Source: the human T2T-CHM13v2.0 reference genome, Homo sapiens. Taken from it: a DNA stretch of 64,000 nucleotides. Made by a program: the position numbers and the translations under genes. The stretch's first letter is position 1. The number at the start of each line of letters is the position of its first letter. This document shows, piece after piece, positions 1 to 14,990 of the stretch. The notes below the pieces were generated by a model, which saw only the letters and a list, made by a program, of their open reading frames with translations, searched no databases and was not told the DNA's origin. The stretch lies in the NCBI RefSeq assembly GCF_009914755.1, contig NC_060928.1, one strand, 5' to 3'.

Positions 1-1097
1 ATTTCACATAGCCTCAAAATAAAAGGTTGGGGAAGGAGCTATCATGCAAATGGAATACAAAAAGGAGCAAAGGTCACTCTTCTTATATCAGATAAAACAG
101 ACCTTAGATAGTAAAAAAGGATAAAGAAAGAAATTACATAATGATAAAGCATTCAATTTAATAAGAAGACTTAGCTATCCTAAACATATATACAACCAAC
201 ATTTGAGGACTCAGATTCATACAACAGCAACTTCTAGATCTATGAAAAGACTCAAACACACTATAATAGTGGAAAACTTCAACACCCAAATGACAGCATT
301 AGACAGATCATCAAGGCAGAAAACTAACATAGAAATTCTGTTCTTAATTTCAACACTTGAACCAACTGAAACTAATGGAAATCTACAGAATACTCCACCC
401 ATCAACCACAGAATATACATTATTCTCATCTACACACAGAATGTACTCCAAGATTGACCACATTTTCAGCCATAAAGCAAGTTTTAATAAATTAAAAAAA
501 TTTAAATCATACTAACCATACTCTCAGACCACAAAGGAATAAACATAGCAATCAATACAAAGAAAATCTCCCCAAACCACACAATTATCTGGAAATTAAA
601 CAACTTGCTCCTGAATAACTTCTGGGTAAACAACAAAATGAAGTCAGAAAAAAAATATTTGAAATAAAAGAAAACAGAGACACACATAGCAAAATCTCTA
701 GGATGCAGACAAGGAGTGTTCAGAGAAAAATTTATAACACCAATTTTCTATTTCAAAAAGTTAAAAAGATTTCAAATTAACAATATAACACTAAACTTAA
801 AGGAACTAGAAAAGTAAGAATGAACAAATCCTAAAGCTAGCAGAAGAAAATAAATAACTAAAATCAGAGCATAACTGAATAAAATTGAGACACAAAACTC
901 CTTGGAAAGAATCAACAAAACCAAAAGCTGATTTTCTGAAAAGATAAAGAAAATTGATAGACTGATAGCTAGATGAACAAAGAAAAAATAGTGAAGATCC
1001 AAATAAGCACAATCAGAAATGACAAAGGTTGTTACAACCGATGGCACAGAAACACAAAAAAATCCTCAGAGAATGTTATAAACACTTCTAAGCACTC

Positions 1098-1508
1098 TGA
1101 TATCATGTGGATGTTTGTTCCCGCTAAATCCCATGTTGAAATGGAATCCTCAGCATGTAGGGCCTGGTGGGAGATGATTAGGTCATTGGGGCAAATCCCT
1201 CATGAATAGCTTAGTGCTGTCTTTGTGATGAGTGTGTTCGCACTCTGAGTTCATGTGAAATCTCATTGTTTAAAAGAGTGTGGCACCTCCTGCTCTCTCT
1301 TGCTCCCACTCTCACCATGAGATACGATGGCTCCCCCTTCTCCTTTGACCATGGTTGAAAGCTCCCTGAGGCCTCACCAGAAGCAAAGCAGATGCTGGCA
1401 TGTGCTTTCCATACATTCTGCAGAACTATGAGCCAATAATTCTTTCTTTCTTTATAAATCACCCACCTCAAATATTTCTTTAGAGCAAAGCAAGAATGGA
1501 CTAAGACA
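1098..1508 (+). mobile_element. MaLR solo LTR (MSTA-like) inserted in L1 ORF2
   Basis: TG...CA ends (tgatatcatgtgg ... ggactaagaca), MST motifs 'gggcctggtgggag', 'gaggcctcaccagaagc'; 5-bp TSD cactc/cacgc; L1 resumes collinearly. Confidence 0.88.
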
Positions 1509-2560
1509 CACGCAAAATAGAAAATCTAGAGGAAATACATAAATTTCTGGAATTTATAATTTCCTGGAAACACACAACCTCCGAAGATTGACTCAGAAAG
1601 AAACTGAAGCCCTGAACAGACCAATATTAAGTTCCAAAACTGAACCAGTAGTAAAAAACTTACCAACTGAAAAAAAAAAGCTTCAGACCAGATGGATTTA
1701 CAGCTGAATTCTGTCAGGCATACAAAGAACTGCTAGTACCAATTCTGCTGAAACTATTCCAAAAAACTTAGGGGAAGGGACTCCTCCCTAACTCATTCTA
1801 GGAAGTCAGAATCACCCTGACACCAAAACCTGGCAAAGATGCAGTAAAAAAAGAAAACTATAGGCCAATATCCCCCAATATCCCTGAAGGACTTAGACAC
1901 AAAAATCGTCAACAAAATAGTAGCAAATCAAACCAGCAGGGCATCAAAAAGTTAATTCACCACTATCAAGTAGGTTTCTTTCTTCTTATGTAAAGTTGGC
2001 TCAACATGCAGAAATCATTAAATGAGATTCACCACATAAAGAGAATTTAAAACATAAACCATATGATAGTCTCAATAGATGCAGAAAAAACCTTTGATAA
2101 AATCCGACATTCTTTCATGATAAAAACCCTCAAGAAACTAGGAAAGAACATACCTCAAAATACTGAGAGCCATCTATGACAAACTCACAGACAACATCAT
2201 ACTGGATGGGCAAGAGTGAACGGGCATTTCTTTTGATAATTGGAACAAGATAAGGATGCCCATTCTCCCCACTCATATTCAACATAGTCCTTGAAGTCCT
2301 AGCCAGAGCAATCAGACAAAAGAAAGAAATAAAGAGCATCCAGATAGGAAAAAAGGAAGGAAAACTATCTATCTTCAGTGATAACATGACTCTATACTGA
2401 GAAAACCCCAAAGACTCTGCCAAAAGGCTCCTGGAACTGATAAATGACTTCGGTGAAGTTTTAGGATACAAAATCAATGTAAAAATATCAGTGGCATTTC
2501 TATATACCAATAACATTCAAACTGAGAGCAAAATCAAGAACACAATCTCATTTAAAATAG

Positions 2561-2561
<1 letters not shown>

Positions 2562-2597
<36 letters not shown>
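2562..2597. repeat. (CA)n microsatellite inside L1 ORF2
   Basis: About 18 CA units. Confidence 0.97.
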
Positions 2598-2599
<2 letters not shown>

Positions 2600-4444
2600 A
2601 TTTAGGAATACATCTAACCAAGGAAGTGAAAGAACTCTACAAGTAGAACTGCAAAACACTGCTAACAGGAATTGTAGATGACACAAACAAATGAAAACAT
2701 TCTATGGTCATGGATAGGAAGAATCAAAATCATTAAAGTGGTCTATACTGCCCAAATTGATCTATAAATTTAATACTATTTCATCAAACTAGCAACGTCA
2801 TTTTTCACATAAATAGAAAATCTATTCTAAGATTCATATGGAACCAAAAAAGAGCCTAAATAACCAAGGCAGTCCTAAGCAAAAAGAACAAAGCTGGAGG
2901 CATCACATTACCTGACGTCAAACTATATTATAAGGCTACAGTAACCCAAACAGCATAGTACTGCTACAAAAACAGACACATAGTGCAATGGAACAGAATA
3001 GAGAGCTCAGAAATAAAGTCACATTCCTACAGCCATCTGATCTTTGAGCAAGTTGACAAAAATAAGAAATAGAGAAAGGAATTCCTATTCAATTAGTGGT
3101 GCTGGAATAGCTGGTGAGCTATACATAGCAGAATGAAGCTGAACCCCTACCTTTTACCATTTACAAAAATTAACTTAAGATGCATTAGACATTTAAATGT
3201 AAGACCTCAAATGATAAGAATCCTACAAGTAAACCTAGGAAACACCATTCTGGACATTGGCCTTGGAAAAGAATTTGTGTCTAAATACTGAAAAGCAATT
3301 GCAACAAAATAAAAAATTGACAAGTGGGACCCAATTAAACTAAAGAGCTTCTGCACAGCAAAAGAAACTATCAAGGGAGTAAACAGACAACCTGCAGAAT
3401 GGGAGAAAATATTTGCAAAGTATTATTGGATAAAGGTCTAATATTCAGAATCTATAAGGAGCTTAAACAATTCAACAAGCAAAATCAAATAATTCCATTA
3501 AAAAGTATACACAAGACATGAACAGACAGTTCTCAAGAGAAGACATACTATTAATAGCAGCGTGAAACATAAAAAATGGCTTAACATCTCTAATCATCAG
3601 AGAAATGCAAATCAAAACTATAATGAGATATCATCTCACACCAGTCAGAGTGGCTATTATTAAAAAGTCAAAAAACAAAACAAAAACAAAAACAAACAGA
3701 TGCTAGGGAGGTTGTAGAGAAAAGGTAATGCTTGTAAACTGCTGGTGAAAATGTAAACTAGTTCACCCACTATGGAAAGCAGTTTGGAGATTTCTTCAAG
3801 AACTTAAAGAGAACTGCCATTAGGCTTCAGGAATCCCATTACTGGGCATATATAAATGAAAACAAATCATTCTACCAAAAAGATGTATATACTTGCATAT
3901 TCATTGCAGCACTATTCGTAATAGTAATGACATGGAATCAACCTAGGTGCCCATTAATGTAGATTGGATTAAGAAAATATGCCACATATACAGCATGGAA
4001 TACTGTGCAGCCATAGAAAAGAATTACGTCATGTCCTTGTCAGCAAACTGGATGCAGGGGGATGCTATTATCTTAAGTGAATTAACTCAGAAACATAAAA
4101 TCAAATATCACATATTCTCACTTATAAATGGGAGCTAAACATTGTGTACTCGTGGACATAAAAATGGCAACAACAGAAACTGGGGGCTACTAGAGGGAGG
4201 AAGGAGGAAGTGGATAAGGTTTGAAAACTAACTGTTGGGTACTATGTTCATCATCTGGATGATGGAATCATTCACATTCCAAACCTCAGCTTTCAGGTGA
4301 CATGTAATGAACTTGCACGTTGAATCTAAATAAATGTGCACTTGAATCTAAAATAAAAGTTGAAACTATGAAAAAAATGAATAAAGAACCATTAGCTGAT
4401 AAAATACCCAACCAATCAAAGAAACAAACAAAAGCAACAAAAAT

Positions 4445-7074
4445 GAAAATCCATGTATAACTTTTGACTCCTTAAAACTTGTTACTAATGGCCTACTGTT
4501 GACAGAAAGCTTTACTGATAATATAAACAACTGACTAATACATATTTTGTATGTTATGTATATTAGAGACTTCATTTTTACAATAAAGTATGCTAGAGAG
4601 AAGAAAATGTTATTGAGAAATTCAGGGAAGAGAAAATATATTTATTATTCATTAAGTGAAACTGGATCATTATAAAGGTTTTCATCCTCATTGTCTAGGT
4701 GCCAAGTAGGCTGAGGAGAAGGAAAAAGTGGAGGAGTTGGTTTTGTTATCTCTTGCACTTCTAAAGTACAAGAGGCAGAAGAGGTGAAAGAGGGGGAAGG
4801 GAAAGCCGGATAGGCAGGCACACTTGATGTAACTTTACAGAAATACGTTGTTTTCTGTCTGACAAATTTGCTTTTCTATTTCTCTAAAAATGTTTCCATA
4901 CAGCACCATTCCTTTTTCCACCATTTATTTTTGTTTCAGGGTCCATATCATAGAAGGGTTCATGTCATAGAAGATGTCAAAAGAAGTGTTGAATCATTGC
5001 AGTCCTTTTGCCAGATTGTCTAATGCCAATTTGTTGTCCCACACTGCTGCTTCTATGTCTTCTTCCTCATCCTTGGACATTGGTTCACAATCACTCATTT
5101 ACATCAAGTCGTCTTGTGTTAATTCATCTGGTGTGGTGTCTATTAGCTCTCGAATTTATCCAAGATCGGTATCTTGAAACCTTTTGTCACCCACCATTTT
5201 TGCCATATCCACAGTCTCTCTCATGATTTTCTTTATTATCTCTGTCATAAATCCTGTGAAGTCATGTACAACATCTGGGCACAGTTTTCTTCAGCAGGAA
5301 TTTATTGTTTCAGGCTTGATGGCTTTCACAACTTTCCTATAACAGTGAAGACATCTTCAATGGTGTAATCCTTCCAGACTTTCATGATGTTGTCTCTATT
5401 TGGGTTCTCTTCTATAGTGTTGATATTTTTTTCCTAGAGTACTGTGTATAATAAGCCTTAAAGATCCTTATTACCCGCTGATCCAGAGATTGAATTAGAA
5501 ATGTTGTTTTTGGGGGTAAGCAGACACCTTCACCTACCTTTGTTGTTGAACTCATGGGGTTCTGGGTGGCCAGGGCCATTGTCCAATATCAAAAGAACGG
5601 TAAATGTCAGTCTCTTAGTGGCAAGGTATTTTCTGACTTCAGGGACAAATCATCAATGGATCTGTTACTTTTGCACCAACCTAATATTTCTATTTATATT
5701 AGGTTGGTGCAAAAGTAACAGATCAATTGATAATTTGCACCATCAAATTACTTCTGCACCAATCTAATATTTCAGAAAAAGCCCTTTTAATGAAATATAA
5801 TATTTAAAAGGGCTTTCCTTGTTTAGGTTTTCTTATTTATACAACCAAAAGATTGGCAGCTTGTGTTTGTCTTTTCCTTTTAAGGCTGAAGAGTTTGCAG
5901 CTTTATAGAGAAGGGCAGTCCTGATTATAAATCTGACTGAATTTACACAAAACAATGGAGTTAACCCAAGTCTTTCTGTCTTAAATCCTAGTGCTTGCTT
6001 CTCTTTGTTACAACTAAAAAATGTATTTTGTGGAAATTTTTGCAGAATTGGGCACATTTGTCTACATTAAAAATCTGTTCAGGCAGAGATCCTTTCTCTT
6101 TGATGATTTTCTTAATGGCATCTGGGAACTTTTCTGCTGTCTCTTGGTTGGCAGCAACTGCTTCTCCTGTTGTCTTGACATTTTTTGAGTCAAACCTCTC
6201 TTTAAAATTATCAAACTATCCTTTGCTGGTATTAAGTTCTCCAGCTTTAGATCCTTCACCTTACTTTTTGCTTTACGTAGTTATACAGTAACTTTGCTTT
6301 TTGTTGAATTATATTAAAGTCCATAGTTATGCCTTTCTTACAGAAATCCTGCACCCACATAAAATATGCATGTTCAATATATGATACAAAGGTATTTCAG
6401 CCAAAGGACAAGGTTTTTGTGCCTGCTGACATAGCTGCAGCAATAATTTCACCAATTTTCTTTCCTCTTTTTTTTTTAACAGCAGTCTTTATGCTGGATT
6501 CATTAATCTTGAAATGGTGGAAAACCACTACAGACCTCAACCCATGGTATATATGCAGCAATTCAATTTTTATTGTAATGTCATGACTTTTCTTTGATTA
6601 TTGGGAGCACTTCAAGCATCATTAGTGTCACTTTGCATGGGTCCCATGGTGTTATTCAACTTTTATGGTATTGCACTAAATGTGAAGAAAAAAACACAAG
6701 AACTGTGGGAGATTACTTTTTACTGAAATATGCAATTTGGTGGAGATACTAACTGCTCATATAGAGATGGTTATCATCACAGGGTGTTTCAAGCAGACAC
6801 AACACTCGAGCTCACCCCAGTAGCAACAGGAGGTGGCTTGAAATTATTATAGTAGTTCAGTATATAGTATGGTTAATCTTATGCAGTTATAATTTTACAG
6901 AAATGACATGCTTAACTTTTTCTTAATTTTTTCAATATTTTGACACTACACAGTTTATTTGCAAGTGTTTTCAAATTATTACAAATCTCAAACAAATTTT
7001 GATATATTTACTAAAAAAAATCCATATGTAAGTGGATCCGTGCAGTTCAACCTGTGTTGTTCAAAAGTCAATTG
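4445..7074 (-). mobile_element. Tigger2 DNA transposon, near full length, decayed transposase
   Basis: Right terminus 'gttcaacctgtgttgttcaaaagtcaattg' followed by TA matches the Tigger2 TIR; left part 'gaaaatccatgtataacttttgactcc' lacks the outer ~50 bp; minus-strand pogo-like transposase remnants. Confidence 0.87.
5664..5768. mobile_element. Rearranged MADE1 (Hsmar1-derived MITE) with three TIR copies
   Basis: 'tattaggttggtgcaaaagtaa' at 5697-5718 and reverse-complement copies near 5665-5686 and 5747-5768. Confidence 0.85.
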
Positions 7075-7908
7075 TATAATTTTTCTTATAATGAGCAAAG
7101 AAAAGTATAAAACGAAGAGAACTCTAGGCCAATTCATTCTGATGTAAATAAACTATTGGATACAAGGTTTCTAAGAAAATGTTGTAATAGCACATATTTT
7201 TCATTTGTGTTTTACAAACATCAGTATCCTTCAGATGTGCTATTGAGAAATGTTTTCAAATTTAGCCAGTGTTACCAAATGTCTTTTAATAAGTTTGATC
7301 CCAGAATATTCTAGTTATGGCACAACTCAGCCCTTTATTGGAAACACGAATTTGCTCAACTTACTAGCTTGATCATTAGCATGAGCACAGAGAAGGCAGA
7401 AACAGAAAATTACATCTCTCATTCACTGGAGATTCAAAAATCTGTGTACTATTCACCACCTTTCTCTTAATATCATATTAATTACATATTTTTATTTTTT
7501 CTTCCAGCATTCTTACAGTTTCACCATTTCTTGCATTTCTAAAGCTAGAAGTTTATTCTCAGTCTTGGCATTTCCCTATTTGATCTATATATGAAAACCC
7601 AAATTTAGTTTCTTCATTTCCTCTGCAAACATAAGTTCATTTAGTCTTCAGATGATTGAGTAAGGTAGATATAAGAATGGTTACAATACAGATGTAGAAA
7701 TCAGTAATTCACCTGAAGTAGTAAGAAATTTTGGACATGAATCACATCCGGCTAACTCCAAAGCTATACACTTTCTGTCATGTCACAGTAAGTTTACTAG
7801 CATTGCAATTGCTGTTGCCAAAGTCTTAGATATGCTCTCTGTTAATTATATTAGAATTCTGCCCACACAGATGGACAGAGGATGAGAATATTTGAATTTT
7901 GTTTTTAA

Positions 7909-8367
<459 letters not shown>

Positions 8368-8568
8368 ATGATTATATTTTATAAAAAAGCAAAACTGCAG
8401 TGTTTCTTGGGAGGAAGCAGAGCCATTATAGCTATTTATATGCTCTTGGCCTCTTATAGATCTAAGAAGTTTAGATTAAAATATTTATGTTTACTGCAGA
8501 AACTTACTTTCATCTCAAATATTTCAAAATTTCCAAATATAACCTATCCTTTAATTATATTTTATAGC

Positions 8569-8954
<386 letters not shown>

Positions 8955-11900
8955 TAAACTGTGGTAAGAATGGATTCCATTTTTATGATTTTGTACTCTC
9001 GTTAAGTGAGAAATAAGAAAATGCCTGCATAATGCTATCATTTCTTCTAAAGCCAATTATCTTGGCCTTCAAAACAAGTTGTGAGAATGTCAATGCTTGA
9101 GACATTTTCGAAATTGTTATTACTTGTTTATGTTTTTCTTTTATAAAAAATAATTGCCATAAATTGTGACAGGCTGCCTTTTCAACACTTTTCATTTAAA
9201 TGCTCATTAACTCATTTGGGATAATTAAAATGTTCCCAATGAGAAAGTCAGCTTTTTACGTGAAGCATACAATCTTGTTTTTGAAATTCCAGAAAAATGC
9301 TTAGGGAACACCAATTGCAACTTAACATTTGTCCTGTGGCTTTAAGGGAAGAAAGCAGTTTCTGTTAAATAAAAACTTTAATTCTTTTGACCCAGCACAC
9401 AGTTAGTCTCCTACCCTAAATTTGTCTCTATGATTTAATATTTTGCCTTCTTAGCAAATATTTTGAAACAAGTAGTAAAAGAGATAATTTTTGTTAAAAT
9501 ACTTTCATGAAAATGATTAAACATGATTTGGAAGAAGAAGAAACTAATCTGTGTAGTTTAAAAGGATGAGGTGGCTTTTGTATGATTATAAAGTTTTAAC
9601 AGTTTAAATTGAGAGAACATTTGTCAAAAAGCCAACATTCAGAACACTTAAACATTTCTTATTAACTCTGGTTAACCCTATTAACTATTTCAATGGAAAT
9701 AAAAACAACCTATTCTCACACAAAGCCAAGAAAAATGAGACATTCTAGTATTTTGAATGTATTGATGCCTTAAACCTTCTACATAATTGAAAACAATTAG
9801 GTCTACGTAAAAAAGTCCTTGTCATATGAAAATTTGGCTGGAAACTAATGAAATAATCTGTGCATTATGTAACTACTTAACATATTTTTATTTGATTAGG
9901 TGACTAATCAGATGAATTAGAGAGATAATAAAATTGGCTTTAAAATTTTACATTAACATATTCCCTGAAGTCTTTCTTAAATGTCTATTGTGGTATAAAA
10001 TATGTCTATTGAAAGGAAAGATACTAAATAGGCAATTTAATCTTTAAAATATATGTAGTTTGACTGAAAAACAAAAACAAAAATCTGTGGCCTAGAAATG
10101 AATGTGTGATACATAAGTCTGGAGAGATTACCAGGTGACAGACAATTTCTGCTTTAGAGATGGATATTGTTACAAAAAAGCTACAAGCATACATTTTAGC
10201 AAATAAATTATGTCGTGCACTAAATGGCAACTTCATTTTGGGGACTGAGACTGAGGATGATGTTCTCTACACACTTTGAGCCCTAGTGCTGCCTAATAAA
10301 AGCAAACAATGAAGAATGGACTTCCTTTGTAATACGTGCATTGATTAAACTGGGCTGGAGGAGAGATGATGCAACTGAAAATATGGTGGAATGATTAGCT
10401 GAGTATAAGTAAAATAAAGATATCTGGGATTCACTACAGGTTAAATGTTAACATGTGCATAAGCTGTTCGATACTGTTCTAAAAACAAGCAAAGTAATAG
10501 TGGATGCAGTGGAATAGAGTTTATAAGGAAACTTACAAGCTTTCATGAAAGGGTAATACCGAAGGCCAATTAAAATTTAGAATAAATTATTGGATTACAT
10601 AATCATCATTTTGGAACTCCTAATGATCCTACTAATCCAGGTAAAAATTATCATCTGAAACAACTACATGAATGATTGATGAGAAACATGAAAAGCTGCA
10701 AATGTAACCATTTTCTAAATATCTCTGACGTGCAAAGAGGAAAAAATAACTACAATGAAACAGTTTTTCAGCCCCTTAGTACAATGTTTAATCTTAGTAC
10801 CACTAATGATTGGTCAACCAGAAAATGAGTTTTCTGATATGATGCATTACCCAGCATTACTAATGTTATACTTACCTCAACAGTAGTTCTAATTTCTGGT
10901 TTGTAGGAATTGCAAAGGATAGAAGAAGAAGCTAGATAATGACAGAATTTAGAAAACTCTCTCTGTGAAACTGAGCAAGATATGGAAATGCCTTCACCTT
11001 TGCTCCTAGAAAATTTAGACCAATGAAGTTTTGGAGATACTGACATGACAGAACCATTTAAGCCTAATAATTTCTTCACAATGTCTCTGAACTCAACTTT
11101 CTCGTTTTATAGATCAGGAAAGGAATGTTAAGTTCAAAGGCAACCCACGCTTGTAAAAGCCAGTCAGCATTCTACCCCAGATCTTTTGATTCCTAAGTCA
11201 GGTATTCTTTGCCTAGTACCCTGTTATTCTTCAGGGGCTTGGTGGTACCCCACCAAGCGATATGTTCTCTATCACTAGAGAGGATGGGGGATAATTTGAA
11301 AGTTATACTACAGAGAAAATTTAAACAGCAAACTTGAGTCTGGACTAGGAGAACATCTTTAAGATCTTCTCTGAGAGTGCATGGTTCTGTGAGTAATCCA
11401 CAGCCGGAGCAAGCAGGTGTTAGCTGGGTAATTTAGGAACCCACCCCCAGTCATACTCTTGTCTCTAAGAGTATAATTATTGCACATGGAGTAATTTCAA
11501 GAAATGGCTAATCACCACAAACAAAATAAAACGGCAAACTTGTTTTTAGCCCCTTAAGAATGGATAAAGAAAGCATTACTCTGATTATTTTTCATTACCT
11601 TCAGATAAATTCACTTTGAAAAAAATGCATTTCCATTCTCCTGTCAAATTCAATTATATAATCATTTCATTTGAACTTCTTTTATGAAGAAAAATGAATA
11701 TCACCTTCAAAATATTTGCAACTAATCTATAACAGCAGCTATATATCCTGCTTATATAATTTTTATAAAGTGTAAATTACAGTACAGATGTTAGTAATTA
11801 TTTCATTCACTCCTAAAATGACCTTCGTAACTGTTTTGTACCAAAGCATATTGGTAGCTCTAGTTTCTCAATGCAGTTAAAAGAAAAGCACAAAGTCAAA

Positions 11901-12659
11901 ATATTCCTCATCAGGTTAACGAGAATAAGTAGCAAACACCTGCCCTTTTGAAGATACAAAAATGTTTTTAACAGATTAGTTTCTGAGCTTCCTCATGAGA
12001 TGATTACAGCCTTTTAAAACAAACTGTTTTTAGACATGGCCCTGTAAGCCCTGCTGGTAAATCAATAGACTAACAATTTTATTTTCTGTCTTTCACTCTG
12101 AGAGTATTGAAGAACTGTCCTCAAGGAAGTTTTCTCAGAGAGTTTTTCTTTTTTACACCTGCAGAGTAGAGGGGTGTGGTATTGATCTATACATTAAGAG
12201 AAGAAATAAAGCCTAAAACTTTGTATATGATGTCTAAATTTCATTTTCTGCACTCAGTGAAATAGAACAAAATGGAATAAATCAACACCATAAACCACAA
12301 TAACAAAAACGCTTACTTCCTACATTACATAACCTCTCCTTTCTTCTTGTCGGTATAATTATTAATATACTACAGTTCTGATAGGTAAAATACTAATAAC
12401 AAATACAGCATTTTTAAGAGGAAGGCAGTTAGAGAAGGAAAAAAGGCTGAGAACATGAATGATCTACAGTCGGAGCCTGAATAGCTTTTCTGCCTTACTT
12501 CCCTTTACGAATAGAAGACATTAATGTCCACACTCAGGACAAGGAATAGTATTGAACTTCCAAGGCTTTTGAGCTGTAGATCTTGCTCTGTCACCTATTT
12601 AAATAATTGAAAAACCTAACATTTTATTTTTATTTTCAAAACCCTCCTGATAATAAATA

Positions 12660-12890
12660 TCATGATAATTTTTATTTAGTGGCTATCTCGTATGTGCCAA
12701 AAACATATGTTTTGTTTTTCCGTTTAATCCTCACAACTACTCCATGACATATATATTATTATCTCATTTAACAGATGAGGAAGTGAATTTTGTTTCAGCA
12801 AGTTGTTCAATTTACACAATGAGGAAATGGAAAAATTGGGATTTGACTTTAGATCTGACTTCAAAATTTATGTTCTTTTCTCTATACTGC
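12660..12890 (-). mobile_element. MIR SINE fragment
   Basis: 'ttaatcctcacaac...ctcatttaacagatgaggaagtga' MIR core. Confidence 0.7.
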
Positions 12891-14899
12891 AATCTTTTTA
12901 AGAAATTAGAGGAGATGTAGAGAACAAATGGGCTAGAGGCATAACTATTTTAATTCTTAATAACTGTCAATGTTGTTTACCCTGAATTTAAAGTTTTTAG
13001 AATTATACAAATTAAGATATTAGATTATATTTGAAATAAAACTAGAAGAGCTTACTAAACAATTTATATACATTTTAAATAAACAAACAAAAAATCCTCT
13101 AAATGCTTACTATCCTTTTGAGCTATTAAAATGTTTCTGTTTCAATAATGTTAGTTTAAATCTATATCCTAGCAATGGTCAGATGTTTTAATCATTAGTA
13201 TACATTCCAGAGAAGGCTAGCTAGCATTTAATTTAAAAGACATATTCCAGATGTGGCTACTACAAGCTTCAGCTAGCTTCATGTCTCTCCAACATTATAT
13301 TTTCCTATTTTTTTAAACAAAAATTAAAGATTATCTTTCTTTGGTGAAGTGAATGGTGTTGAAGATCTGTCAATGAGCTGAAATGTGGAGAAAGTTGCAT
13401 GAATCGAATATAAGAATCTAGAATGAGCTCTTCATCCCTCATCATAGAATTAAGAATCTAGGTTTCATTCCCAAATGGTCCTGTGTTTAGTCAGTGATTC
13501 CAGCAGGTTTTTGGTCACATGACCCAGATTAACGTAGTTAGCTAAAATAATGTCACATTTGCCGTGGGGTGAACTTTTCATTTAATGTTTGTCAGAACAC
13601 CCAAGGGACTGTTCATTCATACACAAGGGTTTGTGTCCCTATTTCATACCTGCTTACTACTAAATATCTGCAAGTGAGACAGAACTCTGTCTGAAACTTG
13701 CTTTCATTCAACAGTTGGAGAGGAGGAAGAGCTGTCTTCTCATTTACCTCTAACTTACGAAGATTACTAATATTTATCAGAAAAAAATCTAGTTGTAGGT
13801 GGACAAATGGGCTTTGATCCATTAAAAACTAATATTCAGCTCCATGCATTATATGATCAATTCTATGATTACCTTGGGACAATTGTTACCTCCTCACCAT
13901 TTCTGCATTCATATTACCAAAAGAGAATGCTAGAAGTCAGGCAGGGTACTCTTGTATCATTCCTAAACTAGTTTTTGGATGCACTTGGACTTTTGATGGG
14001 TCTCTGGAGAGATTGGCAGGTTACCAGGCTGCCTGAGGATACATCCATCTGCATAACTTGTAGAGCCAGGCCTCAAAATTGTCCAACAAACTGTTATCCT
14101 CTTAGAACAAGGGCTTCATCCAGATTTGGACAACAAAATAAATATCCTAGGAGTCAGGAGCTACCCCTTCAAACTGTTCAAGATTTGTGACAGTGTCGTA
14201 TAAAAATCAGCAGATGTATTCTCTCAACAGTATTTTAAAAGTGGCTCCTGGGGTTTACAAAAAAGTATGTGGTCATTAGGTCCAGAAAGGTACCCTCCTC
14301 ATTCGCTGCCTCATGATGTCTTGTGATTGCAAATAGAGCTACGTTGATTGGCCTGGCCACTGAGATGGGGCTCCTGGGCTCCCTGGAATGCATAACATGA
14401 GTAATTTTTACAATCACTAGGCTTAAACAGATCAACCTGGTGTTACAGGAAATAAAACTTAGTGAGTGTGTACTTATACTATTTTTACAAATGGGATTTC
14501 TGTCTAAGATTTCTAGTCTGGGTGATATTTGACAAAAGAATTAACCTAGGATATATTATTTATTTTCAGTAATACAATTCTTTTTAATTTTTATTTGCAA
14601 ATATCTTAAATCGAATGACATCCTTCCTAAAGGCAGATATTATCATAGTTGTACAATGACCACGAAAACATACCAGTTCTTAGGTTTTAGTGAGTTTAGG
14701 AAGTTTGTAGGAATGAATACAAACAGAAGGTTTGTTAAACTCCATTTAAATGAAAAACATCTGCAACTTTTCATTTTCCCACTCACATATATTGTTTGAG
14801 AGGGACTATGTCGTTTTCAAGATTGCTGGGAGTAAGCTGTAGAGTAGTTGGGAGCAAAACGGGATCCAGCCTCATACTGGGGATAAATATCATATCATT

Positions 14900-14990
14900 C
14901 TCTCACCAGTATAAAAATGCTATCTACCTTGTACAGTTGTTTTGAGGATTAAATGAGATAATTGCCATAAAGTAGTTAGGACAACATTTA
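14900..14990 (+). mobile_element. MIR fragment
   Basis: 'tacagttgttttgaggattaaatgagataat...taaagtagttag'. Confidence 0.6.

Larger units (their letters stand above)
1..4385 (+). mobile_element. LINE-1, L1PA15/16-like; ORF2 (endonuclease to C-terminus) plus 3' UTR, degraded; continues upstream of the window
   Basis: ORF2-like fragments (e.g. HTIIVENFNT at 203-457; ...KYHIFSLINGS* ending 4138); 3' UTR motif 'ctgttgggtactatgttca...ccaaacctcagc...gaatctaaaataaaagttgaaa'. Confidence 0.92.

Noticed and set aside
10908-10940. Plus-strand acceptor followed by ELQRIEEEAR* as a terminal coding exon
   Set aside because: Too short, no recognisable protein, no partner exons
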